Assembly (NCBI GenBank): GCA_030704615.1
Contig: CM060731.1
Span: 34,286,001-34,350,000, forward strand
Direction: 5' to 3'
Length of the DNA stretch: 64,000 nt
Source: Takakia lepidozioides
Taxonomy: Eukaryota; Plantae; Bryophyta
In this document: piece by piece, positions 1-14,100 of the stretch
How positions within the stretch are numbered: the first letter of the stretch is position 1
Layout: each line of letters begins with the position of its first letter
Notes under the pieces: generated by a model
Database searches by the model: none
What the model saw: only the letters and a program-made list of their open reading frames with translations
Told to the model about the DNA's origin: nothing
Translations under genes and position numbers: made by a program

Positions 1-1015
1 AGTATGAGGGTTAAACAACAAAACCTCATTAACAGCCTCTTTTGTTTCAAAGATGATAGAGAAAAACCCCATTCCTTTGGCATGGCAGAACAGCTGCCTC
101 AATTCTCCATTACCGCCAAGGTGTCTAATGGCCCAATCCCTGACTGTTGCCCTATCCATTTTTTTCCCCGGAAAGTGAATGAGGATACCTGTCTCTTCCA
201 TTGTTGTGACTCTTCTTTGCAGTTCTGAGATGTTCATATTGATCATGGGGTAGTCCTTGTCCAGATCATCTTGATTAAGAGCGCTCTCTTCTTCCCAGTC
301 TGCTGGTGGTTCCTCCAAAATTGGAGGGTTTGGAAAGTTCGGAATGAAGGAGTTTAGCCTGGGCATTTTGAGAAGTGGTTGGGGAGGAGAGAGAGGGTTG
401 GTGGGAATGGGAGGGGAGGGATGTCTTACTGAACCATTGGCAGAAGCTATCCTGGATCGAGCTTGGTGTCCCATAAAAAAGCCCGTACCAGACAACGGGG
501 TGGGTCTTCTGTGTTGACTCCGTTGCCCTCTGATGTTCCCACGAGTCGCCATCTTCTCGTTGTTACGCAACTGGTTGCTTCCGTGAGCCATAGTTAACAG
601 ATGCGGAAAAAACAGAAGGTGTTTTAAGGACCCCGCTGGGTGTGAGGGATATGGAGCTTAAGAGAGGGGTTGGCGGAAGAAGTAGAGGAGGGGGGGTATA
701 GGCGGGAAATGTCACTGTAGAAAGCGAACGGCTTAAAAGCTAAAGGCGGCTGTGGTGGGAGGATTAGGGATGATGCAGGTAACCGAGATGGAGATGAAAG
801 GAAGCAAGGTGTTAGGATGAACACCGTAGAAGAAAGTATTGAAAGAGAACCAAACAAAAACTTCTAATGTGCATATCATTTGAAAGCTAGGCTTGGGAGT
901 ATTTGCTATTTGATGCAAGTAAAGGAAGCAGGACGTCGATAGGATCTGATAGAGATGGAAGAAGTTTTCAGATGACCGTTGGAGGTTGTCTCGCAGCTCC
1001 GCCATCGCGCCCCCC
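1..1015 (-). mobile_element. 5' end of a LINE (L1/Tx1-like): 5'UTR plus ORF1 from ATG 591, open off the left edge
   Basis: Manual minus-strand translation from 591 has no stop down to base 1 (absent from the ORF track): ...GILIHFPGKKMDRATVRDWAIRHLGGNGELRQLFCHAKGMGFFSIIFETKEAVNEVLLFNPH. It aligns with the ORF1 at 57.5 kb (GVLLHFPGRLMNHKWVREWALVHFGGEGQIRMLFCLPKGTGFFAVMFETEAAASRALSFNPH), which carries a downstream CCHC knuckle. The candidate 5' end is GGGGGGCGCGATGGCGG near 1015. Confidence 0.7.
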
Positions 1016-1126
1016 TTTCACTTATATTAAAGATCTATAAAAAATAAATATAATAAGATCTGTAAAAAATAAAGATCAAGATATGTTACTATTAAACCAG
1101 AGTGTCTGAATAAGAGAGAGAGCAGC

Positions 1127-1175
1127 TAGGGTTTCACCTTAGGGTTCAATCGTGAGCTTGTTTTGCTTAGGGTTT
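1127..1175. promoter_or_regulatory. Two telo-box motifs (AAACCCTA, read as TAGGGTTT) upstream of the CSU2 start
   Basis: TAGGGTTT at 1127-1134 and 1168-1175. Telo boxes are common in plant RNA-processing and translation gene promoters. Confidence 0.45.
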
Positions 1176-1225
1176 GGTACCTTGAGGACTGGAGGAGCAC
1201 GGTAGAGTTTGGATGCCGGGTCTTG

Positions 1226-3258
1226 ATGGGTGCAAACAGTAAGCGGTTTCGGAAGCGGGCAGCGAGTGACAGTGACGACAAATCTGCAGATGAAGACGAG
1301 ATTCGGTAAGGTGCCAGGGCCATTTTCAAGGTCATTGTAGTGATTGTTCCTCCCTTGTTTTGAAGATGGCTGGGAATCACACTTGCCTGATTGTACAGAT
1401 CGACACTGGAGGAAGTGAGGTTTCTGCAGAAGCGGAGGGAGCGGCGGGCAGGTGTGGTTGCCAACCAGCTTGCGCAACCGTTGGGCACAGCTCCCAAAGT
1501 CCCCGAGAAGGGTGATGGCGAGGGAGAAGAAGAGCTGGTGTTGCAAGACACCTTTGCTCAGGAAACGGCTGTCACCGTAGAAGACCCCAACATGTAAGTT
1601 GTTTTGTCACTCAAGAGTGGTTATTTCAGGGCGGATACCCTATATACGGGGCTGCTCAACGTGCTTTTCTCCGGAGCGCTGACAATTGCTTGGCAGTAAC
1701 GAAAATGATATCACGATGAAAGAAAACTGTACTTGTAGATGTTCCTTCTCACTACTTATGTCACCCTTACATTTCAACAGGTTGAAGTACATTGAGCAGG
1801 AACTTGCGAAGAAGAGAGGGAGGGAATTGGGCATCGCAGTAGAGGAGGTTAAACCTGCAGAAGACGACCTGTACGTTATTCCTGAGCATCTTAAGGTACT
1901 GTATGAGTCGGAAGACTACTTGTCGTTGTTGGCTGAAATTGATCCAACTATCAAACTATCTAGGGTCTCATAAGTCACAAAATCTGTGCAGTTTTTTCTG
2001 CTGTTACCCGCACCGCAGCACAGTAAGTTGACTCTCAGCATTTGATTGAACTGGAAGTTTTTTCACGGAGTCCGAATGCACTGTCCATTGGGTAGGTGAA
2101 GAGAAGGAATGCTGAGGAAAGTTCCACGCAGTGGACAACTGGGATTGCTGAAGTTCAGCTACCAATTGAGTAAGTCTCTCATGTTTTCAACATCACCTAT
2201 CCTCAAAGCTGTGTAGATTTTAATTTTACGGCCAATTGCATTGTATTCACTGTTAGTTGTATCCAAATACCTTAAGTCCAGCTTGACCGATTAGGGCAGG
2301 AGATTGAGTGCCAGTCACATGCAGTTGGCTGGTCCTTCTGCAGTTTTCTTTTGATCAATTGGGTGATAACTAGGTGTGTGTTTTTTCCCAACCTTCAGAT
2401 ACAAGTTGAAAAATATTGAAGAAACAGAGGCGGCCAAAAAACAGTTGCAAGACAAGCGCCCCTTTGTTGGCCGGGCCAGGTTGGTTCAATCTTGACACTA
2501 ACAGTTTGAATTCCTAGCCATATCTTTCTGATGTCTGTTTCCATGTCAGTGCATCCTGTTTGGCTGTATGAAACTCCTTTCTACTTTGCTTGATTAACAC
2601 TACTCACTACTACATCACGTCTTCATTTGCCAAATGAGTTTTCTTAAGTTGTGAGACAGATAGGGTAGTTATACAGTGAGATTCTGACCTCGCTGAAGGG
2701 ATTACATTTCACTGGGTCAATGGCTGCCAGGCTATGGTATTTGCACTTACAATTGCATTCTTCCCCCACTCTCTTTGTTCCTCCCTCCCTTACATAGACT
2801 TGCACTGTTACAGGGCACAGTCAAGCATTCCATCCAGCTACAGTGCTGACTATTTTCAACGGGGGCGTGAATATGCAGAAAAACTCCGAAGAGGTACACG
2901 CTTACAAGCAATTTTCTGTAGCAGCTCTGTTATTCCGTATTAATGTCCCTTGCAAGTTTACCACATCTGATCTTTCTGTATAATCTCAAACCAACACCTG
3001 TCAGAGTTACACTGTCTAGCTTGATCTACCTCAAATATTTGACTTGATGAAGCCTGAAACTCTTGTAAATTGTCTTTTTCCCCTGGATGGACAGAGCATC
3101 CAGAGCTGTACAAGGATAGGGATGCTCAAGGGGCAGGCCGAGGCTTGGATCCTTCAGGCGAGTTGCATGACATGGGTAACAGGCGCCAAGCTGCCACTGA
3201 TGAGATCATGCTGGAGCGGTTTCGGAAGCGGGAACGGAGCCGCCTGATGCGCAGATGA
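1226..3258 (+). CDS. CSU2: C9orf78/HCA59/TLS1-family splicing factor (COP1 SUPPRESSOR 2 homolog), 7 coding exons
   Basis: GT-AG exons at about 1226-1305, 1399-1593, 1781-1895, 2096-2169, 2399-2479, 2814-2893 and 3095-3258 join in frame. Family motifs: LVLQDTFAQET, MLKYIEQEL, LYVIPEHLKV, TQWTTGIAEVQLPIEYKLKNIEETEAAKK, ATDEIMLERFRKR. Confidence 0.88.
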
Positions 3259-4589
3259 CCACAATCTGTGGCTTTATCTTGTTGCCTTCCCATGGCAGGA
3301 TGCATGAGTTGGTTGTCATCTTGTCTCAGGGCACACCATTGAGCTTGAACAAGTCTACATCGTCCAAGAGCCAGATAGTGCAAAATCAAGGGAGGGATAA
3401 GGAGGCATGGCCTGTGTTTCATCCTCCTGCAAAGGAGGGGGTGGATTAGGAGAACCCAGCCTCCATCTATGACTGTCATAGTAACAGGCAGTCTCGCCAA
3501 GTGGGAGGTGTACGCTTTCCGCGGTTATGCACAAGTACTTGAACATGGGTTTCCAGTCACCATCATCATCATGAAGCTCCTGACTACTGGACTGAGATGC
3601 ACATCCCTATGTTGCCTTTTTGGCAGACCTCAACAAGAGAACTGGGAATGTTTATCTTCTCATATGTATTGTTTAAATGTATTCACCAAGAAAATTGGGG
3701 GCGTTGCTTGGACTATATACAGGCATCCAGCACGGATGTTTTGGGTCCTGATCTGAAGGGTAGGAAGTTTCTGTCTCAATTGTGTGAATTGCTGATTTTG
3801 TACAGTAAAAGTTGCAAAAGGTTATGGATTTTTTGTCAAAATTGACTGGTTTGCTTGGATGGTACTGGCACTCAGTAGTCTTGAATGAAATTCAGGGTTT
3901 CCAGCTCTCCAGCACCCAATTTGAGCTTCTCCCATAATTATTTAACTATCAAAAAATAACGATGTAGTCCAAGCATACATTATCATTGTTCTTTCGCAAG
4001 CACATGTTGTTTCTTAGATAACGGACAATCCACTTTGGAGTTGCCCAAGATTAGCCACAAATTGGTTCACAATCCCCACTATTTATACAATATCTAGCTT
4101 TGTACTTTGTACACACGGAGCACATTGATAAGGAATATCTCTAATTGTCTCCAAGTCTACCATACTCACAACCACTGTTGGGCGGGTATGTTACTTGGGA
4201 CATGACCTACAGTCAGGACTTGTCCTTATGAAAACAGATTAAAAGCCTCCTGGCCCAGGCTTCTAAGGAAATCAAGCTTTTGGTAGTCAGGCTTTTTTCC
4301 CTAGCAATTTTGTTAGTAAGTCCACCTAGGGGAGCCTCTGCCTGCCCTTTTTTGTGTTTCAAGCCCTAAAACCTCTAGGCTCTCCCTCTTTGTTTGGGCG
4401 TGCTCCAACCTCCAGGCAAGCCTCTCGTGGGAGTCCCAGTGGACCGGTACGCTGGTACGCCTGGCAAGCTCGTCTTTCTTTCCTGTTCGTGCCCTTCCAG
4501 CTGCCCTTCATTTCCTTTCAAACCCTAAAACATGTCCCTCATTTTTGGACGTGCTTCTAGGCTCAAGCAAGCTCTCCGGTATTTGGCGC

Positions 4590-4975
4590 AATTCCAGCTT
4601 CAAGGATATTGGCATGGACCTCCTTACCTTTTTCAAGGGCTCCTTGGCTAGCACATGCATTGAGAATACGTCACCTGTTGGGTGTCATCCCTTCTTGCTG
4701 CATTTGCTCATAGATCTCAAAAGCCTCAAACCCACACCCACGTTTGGCATATCTTGCTATCATTATAGTCCACGTTTAGGCATTTTATCAAATACTTGCC
4801 GTGCATCCACCAGGCTCCCACATTTGGCATACAAGTTGACAAGGGTGTTGAGTAGACAGATATTTGGCTCAAATCCATTTTGGATAATGTGGGCATGCAC
4901 TTGCCAGCTTTCCGTTTGTAGGTCTTTACTCTTGATACACCCTTGTAAAATGCACAAGTATTGGAGTCTGCCAAA
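4590..4975 (-). pseudogene. Degraded PLS-class pentatricopeptide repeat fragment
   Basis: LCILQGCIKSKDL..QVHAHIIQNGFEPNICLLNTLVNLYAKCGSLVDARQVFDKMPKR is a typical L/S PPR pair. Frameshifts and stops follow immediately. Confidence 0.7.
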
Positions 4976-6308
4976 GTGAATTGTTGGTTCAAAACGTGCA
5001 GTGCCTGGGTTGATTTGTTCTGCCTTACACGGTGTACCCACAGCCACAGCAGTGCCAGAAAAGTTCTTATTGAGTCCCTCTCCTGATCCTGTTTCAAAAG
5101 CATTTGTTGTCGAGGTGCCAGATTCAAACAACTGCGCCTGATTCGACCCGGCCATCCTGCATGACTCAAAATCTTTACCTACAAACTTACAATCAACTGG
5201 CATATTGTATTCCTAGCTCATTTATAAGTCAAGAGAATATCTCTCAAAGAAGATGGGCTTGGGGCTACGCATGAAGAGCTTAAAAATTGCTAGTCTTATA
5301 GTTACAGAATAAGTGGTACGTACTAATGCTACATGTTTGGGTTGGAACCCATGAATAGTCAAGACAATACCAGACAATACGGATTGGAGCTTCACTAACT
5401 GTAGTTGTAAGAAGTCACTTCTTTTCATTTTTCATTTTTAATTTCATATGACATGGTTGTGTGAAAGGTAAAAAATCTGTCAACCTGTCATGTGTAACAA
5501 CTTGCAGCCCAACAAATCTTGGCAGTCATGATTTGCATCACTTGCTCACTCAATACAAGGAAAATGAAACCTACTCAAAGAACATTCAGAACCAAGATCT
5601 TTACAATTTCAGATTTGAAATTGCTTTCTTGGGAGAGCTGGTTACACAAAAGTAAAAAACTTGCCGCGTACAAGGCAATGTTCACCGCAATCACACCTCT
5701 TCAGATACTATTTCCATGAAAAACCTTGTCCGAACTTCAGACATGCTAGACAAGTCTACCTCCAATCCAAAAGATGGATGAGAAAGAATGGTCAATACAT
5801 CTACAATGTTTACACCAAGTGATGGAGTGCCGGCGTGCCACCCCACTCATTACCAAGAAATCCCAACCAAGTGCCACAGGAGGGAGGTAAGGTCGGTGCT
5901 ACAAAGAAACTGTGACCTACAACTTGGGAGTTGTCCATACATCCACAGTACACAACTGTAATTAGAGGGCACCTGAGTCCTGACTGTATATTAGAAACAT
6001 TTATGACTACAGGCTCCACCAAATAACCTTGATTCTTTGCAGCAACTTTGTAGCACCCAAGCAAAGCAGACTTGGCTTTAACCTTAACCCCGACTTTAGC
6101 CCAGAGCTTGCCGTGACTCCGGCAGCTCGCAACTCAGATCTTCCAGCAGAAATCCCAGAGACAATTCTTGTTTCTTACATAGGGATGTAAAATGGAGGAA
6201 AAATGAGTGTCATCGATAAGGCTCACCCTTCCTCTCTCTCCCCACCCTCACTCAAAACTGGGGTGCAGTGCCTTGGGCGAGCAAAGTACACCCCTCTCAG
6301 TCTTTTCT

Positions 6309-9300
6309 CTATGTGAAGATGGTGACTACATCTCGTCGATAGCCACGCACCATGAGGAGCCTGGGGATGCTTTCCACAAGCAAGTCCATGTACTCCATGT
6401 AGCAAAATGAGGGATGGCGGGGAGGTGGTGGTGGCAGACTGACCAAAACCACTGCTGCTGTTCGCGAATACCGCAATATGATTGAGTTCAGCTTCAAAGT
6501 TGTGTATAGAAACTTGTTCACCTGGTCAGCCATCACCAAGGCAACTTTGAAGGGGAAGTATCTCCTGTCTCCAGTGTCTACAATGGTGCAGGAAAATATG
6601 AGAGCAAAGAAGGGAGGGAGAGAGAAATTCCCCATTTCTGTGGAACCTAGGGACCTACAAAGAGAGTAGGGAAAATATCAGACAGACACACAAAGAACAG
6701 AGGGTTTTTTCCTCACCTGCTGCTCATTGAATGAGTTGTACTCATCTTCATGCTGGCTGCTGCTGGCGCCTGCCTTCTTCACTTCACCAGCATGTTGTGC
6801 TATCCGCTTGCGTGCTTTGGAGAATGCTTCCATAGCATCTTCACGTCCTGTCTCCTCAGAGGCCTCCTCAGAGGCCTCACGATCCTCCTGGTGAGCATCC
6901 CATGACTTCATTGTCACCACTATAACCTCTGCTCGCATTCGAAGATCGTATAAAAACTTTTTCACATCGGCTTTCAACTCTTCAGCCTCTGTGTCCTCTT
7001 CGGCAATGCAAAACACCTGTGCATTGTAGGTATAGTGTAAGAGGCACAACTATACACGGTACTCAATGTCTAGCACTGATTTCCTTGAATTTTTCTCCCT
7101 GTCTTTGCTAACCAGTAACAACAACTGATGGCAAAGCTGTACTGCGGACTGTTGACTTACAGTTTATGCACTTTACTTCAAGAGAATGGCTTGTGGGCTT
7201 GGAAGTATGTGACAGTTGAAAGTTACATTTAAGCATACCTGAATCTTGCAGCTCTCAAAACTGTCTTTTGCACGCAGCAACTGGGACAACAACAACATGA
7301 GGCCACCATCGCGCACTATCCAATACAGATCAATAGTCCCGTACTGCTTCTGGAACTCTCCTGGCCACTCATCAAGACCCTTCACTATAACCACCGCCTT
7401 GTTTGCAGTAGAGCAATCATTGATGATGCTCACAAAGTTGTTTGGAATGTTGCTGTGTCGCTCCTCCCTCCATATCTCCGGGTAGCGCATGCACACAATG
7501 TTTGGCTTCAAGTTTGCAAGCCCCATGGTCTGAACGATCCCCCGGAACCCGTCCACCATATTGCCAGCTACAATGACCTCTGCTACCCCCTCACACTTTT
7601 TGTAGTCGATATAGGTGCTCAGAAGTCGGCATGCCTGAAGCAACCAAACCCATTCATTCATTTTCCCTTCAAAGTTCCAAAAGAGGTCGTTTCATGCATA
7701 TTTTCCCGAGTCTAGTGGCTCTGGCCCTGTATCTCCTACATGGAGGCAGAACTCAATTTCATCCCCATTTGTGAGGGTTGTAAAGCTAACATTGTAAGTC
7801 ACAAGAGAGTTGGTAGCGTTTCAATATGTCTTTAGGCTGGGCCACCAACTTTTGTATAAGAGAATCTTTCTCTGGGAAATATCTGACAGGCACCTCATAA
7901 TCCTTCCCTAAAATTGTCCACCATATTATACTTCAACAATCTCCCCAAACAGAATGTCCAGGAGAAGCTTGCTGCTTCCATACACTAAAGAGATACAAAA
8001 ACTGCAAGAAAGTGTTGTGTGAAAATGAAATCTGCTGACTCTCATGAACTGGCCGAGGCCATCCGTTTAAGCAAAACCTGAAAAGTCAAGGAAGTCTGCA
8101 ATCTCACCTGTCGGGCGTCCTCGGCTTTCTCCTCGTAATCACCTTCCATGATCGAAGCGAAAATTGACATACCGCGCCCCTTCTTTTTCATACAATTGGC
8201 AAAGTCTGCCAGCTTTGGGTGGCAAGGTACATCATGGGGCAGAATACCCCATGGCTTGCAGAAGATGAGAGGGATAGGGTACCAGTTCTTTGGATGCACT
8301 TGATTAGCTGCAGCACAACCATCACTGAGTCAAACCTCTATAATATCTGTACCAAAAATGAATAGCTTGCCTACAATCGAAGAGTTGACAGGAGTGCCTG
8401 TTGCATCCAAAGAGCCTTCAACACTTCAAATGCTTCAAGATTTACGTCATTTGTCACAAAGAAAGGAAGAGCGAAACCTCCAAAGGAACGGAGACTACGC
8501 AAGGCAAGTTGAAAGTAGGCACTTTTGAAACCGTCCCCCCAGTCACCACCTTTGCCCTTGATGCTGACATACCAATAGAGCAGACTGGCCAGTGCCAGTG
8601 ACACAGTTGTAAATTCCCATGATATCAAGAACATTATAGCTGCCAAAATACCACATACATATGTTAAAGTGCTTTCTTTGAACGGTTTTAAGAGAGCAAA
8701 GAAGCTTAAGCACTCCAGCTGGAAAGTGAATTCCTTCCGATGTGAAGGAATGGGAAAAACATCACCTTTCAAACTGCAAAAACAGGTCACCAAATGCTTT
8801 GGAACCAAAGGAGACCTTCGTTATATCTCACTGTGTCAGAGCTCCACCAGTAAGATATATGCTCATTAAGTTTCAGCATTGTACTAAAAACCAAAACATA
8901 ACTCAAAAAGTACCTATACAAAGAATGGCGCCAACAAGCGAGAAGCTCCAATGGTGGAACTTGAAACGAGGACGCCAGCTGGGTGCATCTAGCAGGTCAA
9001 GCAGGAGGCATGACAAGTTTACCCCGCCATAGCAAAGTAAAAAGAACATGGTAATGATGGGAGTAATCAGGTCCAAATTGCCAAGAATGACACAGCTGGC
9101 ACAGATCAGCATGGTAAAAAGTGTTGCCAGGTGGGGCTCTGTGTTGTCTGGTGCCTTGAAGTATTTCAAAATAGGCAGAATATCGTCATTGGCTATGGCC
9201 GCTAGAAGCCGGGGTGCCCCTGTTAGGCTCTGGAGGGCGGCCCCAAGAGTGGACAGGATCACTCCTACTTGCACTGGCCAAGCTACCGGCCACGCCACTG

Positions 9301-11063
9301 TTGCTGTTAAAAGCCTGGTAACAAACAGAAGACATATGAAAACTTGGGAGGGACAGGCATCTTCACAACAAAGCTACTTCTACTTAAGAGGGTGAGCCTG
9401 GTTGACAAACCTCTGTATAGCTTGTCCACTTTAGAGAACTTCAAAAGAAGCACATGCCTAGACTAAACGACGGGGGGACTGGAGGCATTACAATGAGAAA
9501 GAATGTACTCAAGAGTACGCCATTTTGCCCCTTGTGGCCCCGCGCCCAGTTTGAAACCAAAGGGACAGAACCTACCTCCGTCAGGGGCTGACATTGGTAG
9601 TAAGACTTACCTTTATAAATAGAATTAATTCGGGTTTTCCAGATATTCTCTAGAAATCCCTTCACACAAGCATCAATCTGCTGTGTGTGATTACAATGAG
9701 AAAGAGAAACAAGGAGAGGAAATAGACCAATAAAACCATGCGTCTCAGTACCTTTTGTCCATCAACACATGCTCGAAGTGAAGATGGAGGAAAAGGAGGA
9801 GAGGCGAGGAAGTAGATAGGAAATGTCACCTATTGGTCAACAGCTCCTCCCGGGATGCCACAGCCCCAAACATAATAACAGAGATCAGATACAATATAGT
9901 CGTTGACACAATGGCTGACAAAGTGCCCATTGGAATCGAGCGTTGGGTATCCAACAAAGAGCCGGAACGATTTGAGCCTGCCATGATTCCAGTCACCGCT
10001 GGGAAGAAAAGGCCCAATAAAGCACTGCAAGTCCCACCCATCGAACGAATGAATGACTTCACATCCACTTCTAAGCCATGACATTCTCTCATTTCAAAAA
10101 CTGTCAGTCCCAAAAATACTAGTGGGTGACACAATTTGCAGGATCATGAACAGTGTTGAGCTTTAGATGTCTTCTTAACATGTTACCTTCATCAGTTGCA
10201 GATGTCCAATCTTCAGTGCTACACTATCAACTCTCTCTTTTTACTTGTATCTCTTACAGTCAGGTCCATGGCCACAAGGCTACGGCAAATAACATCTTAT
10301 GAGTACATTCTTACAGTTGGGTCTTGCCCAAACTGGGCATGTGGTCTATGGCACAAGGCTGTGGCAAACAACGTTTTAATGAGTACATTCTTATGGTTGG
10401 GTTTTGTCTCATCCCTCTTTTGCCCTAATGTAGTCACTGCTACTGACCTTATCTAGATCTTCAACCCTTAAGCTTCAGAAAAAATAATCTCATCACAAGG
10501 CAGGGCACACAGTTGCATACTCAAAATTCCAGTAGATAGCGCCAGTAGGGTCAGGTATGCCAGCTCGATTTGTGTGCTGATATTCAGAGCCCCAGTTATC
10601 TTTCAATGTGGCCAACTTCAGCCCCGTCACTCCCGCTGCCGCAAATCAAGTCAACAAAAGATAAGCTGACATGTATAGACTTTCCATTAAGAAGTTCCTG
10701 CCATTGAAGTGTAAATGCAACTTCTGGTACATCAAGTTCAACCACCTGTCATACTCTCCATTTGTTGAAACACACAACACCCAATAGGATGGGAACAGAG
10801 CAGAGAAGTAACCAACACACCTTGGCGGAGCCCCTGTTATAGATTGATGAAGCAATAAAGGCGCAAAGGGGACCACAGAGAGAGCACGTACTCATAAGAC
10901 TTTTTTTGCCATAGCCTTGTGGCCAGAAAAATTAGTCTAATTAACTCGGAGCTTCCATTGTTGGGACATGAGCCCGCGTTGCTCCGGAGCTGAGTATCCT
11001 AACCATCTAGAGTACAATGGAGGCTGACCACAGAGAGAGTTCATACCATCCACAGGGGTCCTC

Positions 11064-11127
<64 letters not shown>

Positions 11128-14100
11128 ACGTGGATCCCGGTGTCGTCGAGCTGCAAAAATGCCGATGAAGATTAAAACCACTGATAGTAGCACTGGAACC
11201 AGGAAGGCAGGGCTGACCTTGTTGATGATTTTAACCACACCAAACACAATCAAGCATAGTACGATAGTGAGAATGACACCATAAACCTGGAGATCATGTA
11301 AATTTGGGCTCTTCAAGACTTCAGGCATCGTCGATGCTGAGGGTGCAAGGTGCACTTCTGTTACAGTTTCTGTCACAGCGAAAAGAGTATACAGACTTTT
11401 GGCATTAGGTCAAGAACAATTCAAAGAAAAGAATCTTGAGAAGCTACGACCTTTATTGCTGGGCTCAGTTTTTGTTCATAAGTATGATAGGTTACATCGC
11501 ATTCTACCTGCTACAGCGAAAAGGGTGTTCAGCACCATGAACCCCGCCTATGCCTTCCTCTATTTTCCCCTCAAGACCCTACTTCCCTTTCAAGCTTCGC
11601 GGGGCCAATAGCTATACAGGCAAGGGGTACTGAGTCCATGTCTCATGTGTACATAGACCTAAGCAGCTTACGTCTGAAAATTCCTGCCCCAGGAATGGCA
11701 TCCAAAAATGTCTCTACAGCTCCCAAAATGTACCTGCAAAGAAAGGTATATTTCTCAGTCAACCAACAAGAGTTAGACAGAGTAAACTCAAGAAGCGGGG
11801 ACAGCAGTTACAAGAGAGAAGAGAAAGTACTCATAAGCCGTTGTTTGCCGCAGCCTACTTACAAGGGAGAAGAGAATCTGTTAGAAACACAATTTATTTC
11901 AGATCTAACTTGAGGTCAGAGCCAAGAACTTACAAGGATGCAGCTACCGCATTTCCAAGAAAGAAGCAGAGTCCAATACTCACACCCACCTCCGGACCCA
12001 GCGCTCGGCCTATCAAGTAGTAAGGACCGCCACCCTGTGTCACATCAGACTTTGTGTCATCAAAGTCTGGAAATAGAGAGTGAATTTGTTAATCTTTGCC
12101 CCAATGCAGATATCTACCTTCTCGCCATTAGCCTGGCTGGATACCCCCCCAAATTTTGGCCAAGACACAGCTCTCCCCAGCCACCCTATGGACCTAGACA
12201 GGGACAGACACAATAGGAATACTTCATGAAATCTATGGAGGGCCCATGAGACAAAAGCAAACCACAGGAAAACCATCAATTTACTCCAAAAGTTCCTCCA
12301 AGAAAAGTGCCTCATCCTTTAGGCTGCCAAGCAATTCTGAACAGGTGGACAATCAATCTTGACCTGATTTTGGCACTAAAAATTAGCCTAATCTACATAT
12401 GAGAAGGATATTACACGAGTAAATGACCAAACACATACATAGGCAGCTTTCAAGGATCACTGACAACTCCTACATAGGCCTTTCGAAACAGATGAAAATA
12501 GTTGTATGCAGGAACAACACAAAGCTTTCTCAGATCATAGCAGATATTTCATGATGGCATTTTCAGTAGAATTGGAAACATTTACCTTCATTGCTCCATT
12601 TGTAGCAATGGCACTGAGAGAAATGCCTGTCAAAAATGTGCAGAGGCAGCACAGACACACGAGCAAGAGGCTATGCCAGATGCCAGCTATACCAACAATC
12701 CTGCCAATTGAAATGAGAGCAAGCTGTGAGCATCCACAACCATCCTCCTTGCCAAACAGGTCAATTGGTGGATGCCACCTGACAAAATGTTTAATGACTA
12801 CTGGATTGACAAGACTCTCCCACAAATATAGCACAGGATGAGGATACTGACCATATGAAACTATTTTCCAGTCAATCTAACCGCCAAAACCGTCAAGAGC
12901 TCTGAGTCCTAGTCAAGAGCCACACTGTTTCCCCTGAAACAGACCAGCCTACCATGAGAAACGTACGTCGAAATAATGGCCCACATTGTTTCCCCTATGG
13001 AGATGGTGCTTACCATGAGAATCGAATGTAGAAAATAATACCCAAAATGCTCTGAAGACAAGGTACAAAGACACCCATAAGTGTTCCCAGCTTTGTATCT
13101 TTGACCTGCACCCGTGAAAACAAGAGAACCCATGTCAACTACTAACACAGTATTTTGAAGAGGCAAACGTTGAGTATTTAACTGTTTCACTGATTTTTTA
13201 TAGAGGAGCTGAAACAAAAGCACATTGTGTCCTTCTGAAAACCCAGAGACAACCGACGAATAAATCAATCAAGACTGACTTCCTGAAAATGCTTCAAGAT
13301 ACCGACCCATTCACACCCTGCACCAGAAGATGAATAAATTTATCAAATAAGTCAGGACCAGGGTTTAGGATCTCACAGTCTACAGTAGCTCAAGAGATGC
13401 AATGTATGTGGGTTCTGCTATCCTTTAGCAAAGTCATCCCGGTAGGAGTCTACCAGTCAATGCAGACTCACATGACGAACGAGTAGAAATATCCACGGCT
13501 TACAAGTATTGTACCTCCAAAAAAAGTGACTGATAGCCAGGATTTGCCCTAGGATGGCTGTTGGTGTCTCCTTGGTCATCACCATCTCGGGGACTTAGTG
13601 GCATTCTGCTGGTCCTCCATACTATAACATGCACATCTGATTCATTAGGTTCCCCTTCAACTCTCTTGTTCTGCTCCATCCATCCATACGTCCATCCATC
13701 ATGGACACAGCTACATAATGCTACAAGGTTCCCATCATTCTGTCTTCAGATATTACCTCCATCACACACACAGGGAAATTTGCACATTCTGGGAAAATCA
13801 CACAGCAAACCTTTTGAGGCCCCTGACATCAACCAGGGGATCAATTTCAAAAAGCTCCAGCTTTGTTTCGCGCTCTGTGCGCTCAAAAATTGCATTCGTT
13901 GGAGAGGCTGGTCCCTGTTCTCCATTGTCCCCTTGGTGTGGACTCTCCGCTTTGTGAGTTTTGATTGTGATTGGCCTGTTCACCACCACCGTTGCTCAAT
14001 GCAGCTTACTCTACTTTGTTAAGACTAAGCTTGCTTTCAGCTTCTATAGCTCTCACTGCCGTAAATAAGGTTAATTAAGCCCAAGCAAAGAAAGTCTACG

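Noticed and set aside
1126-1551. Antisense ORFs overlapping CSU2, and similar shadow ORFs over CCC1, the P450, TAF15b and the transposase
   Set aside because: Explained as reverse-frame shadows of real exons.
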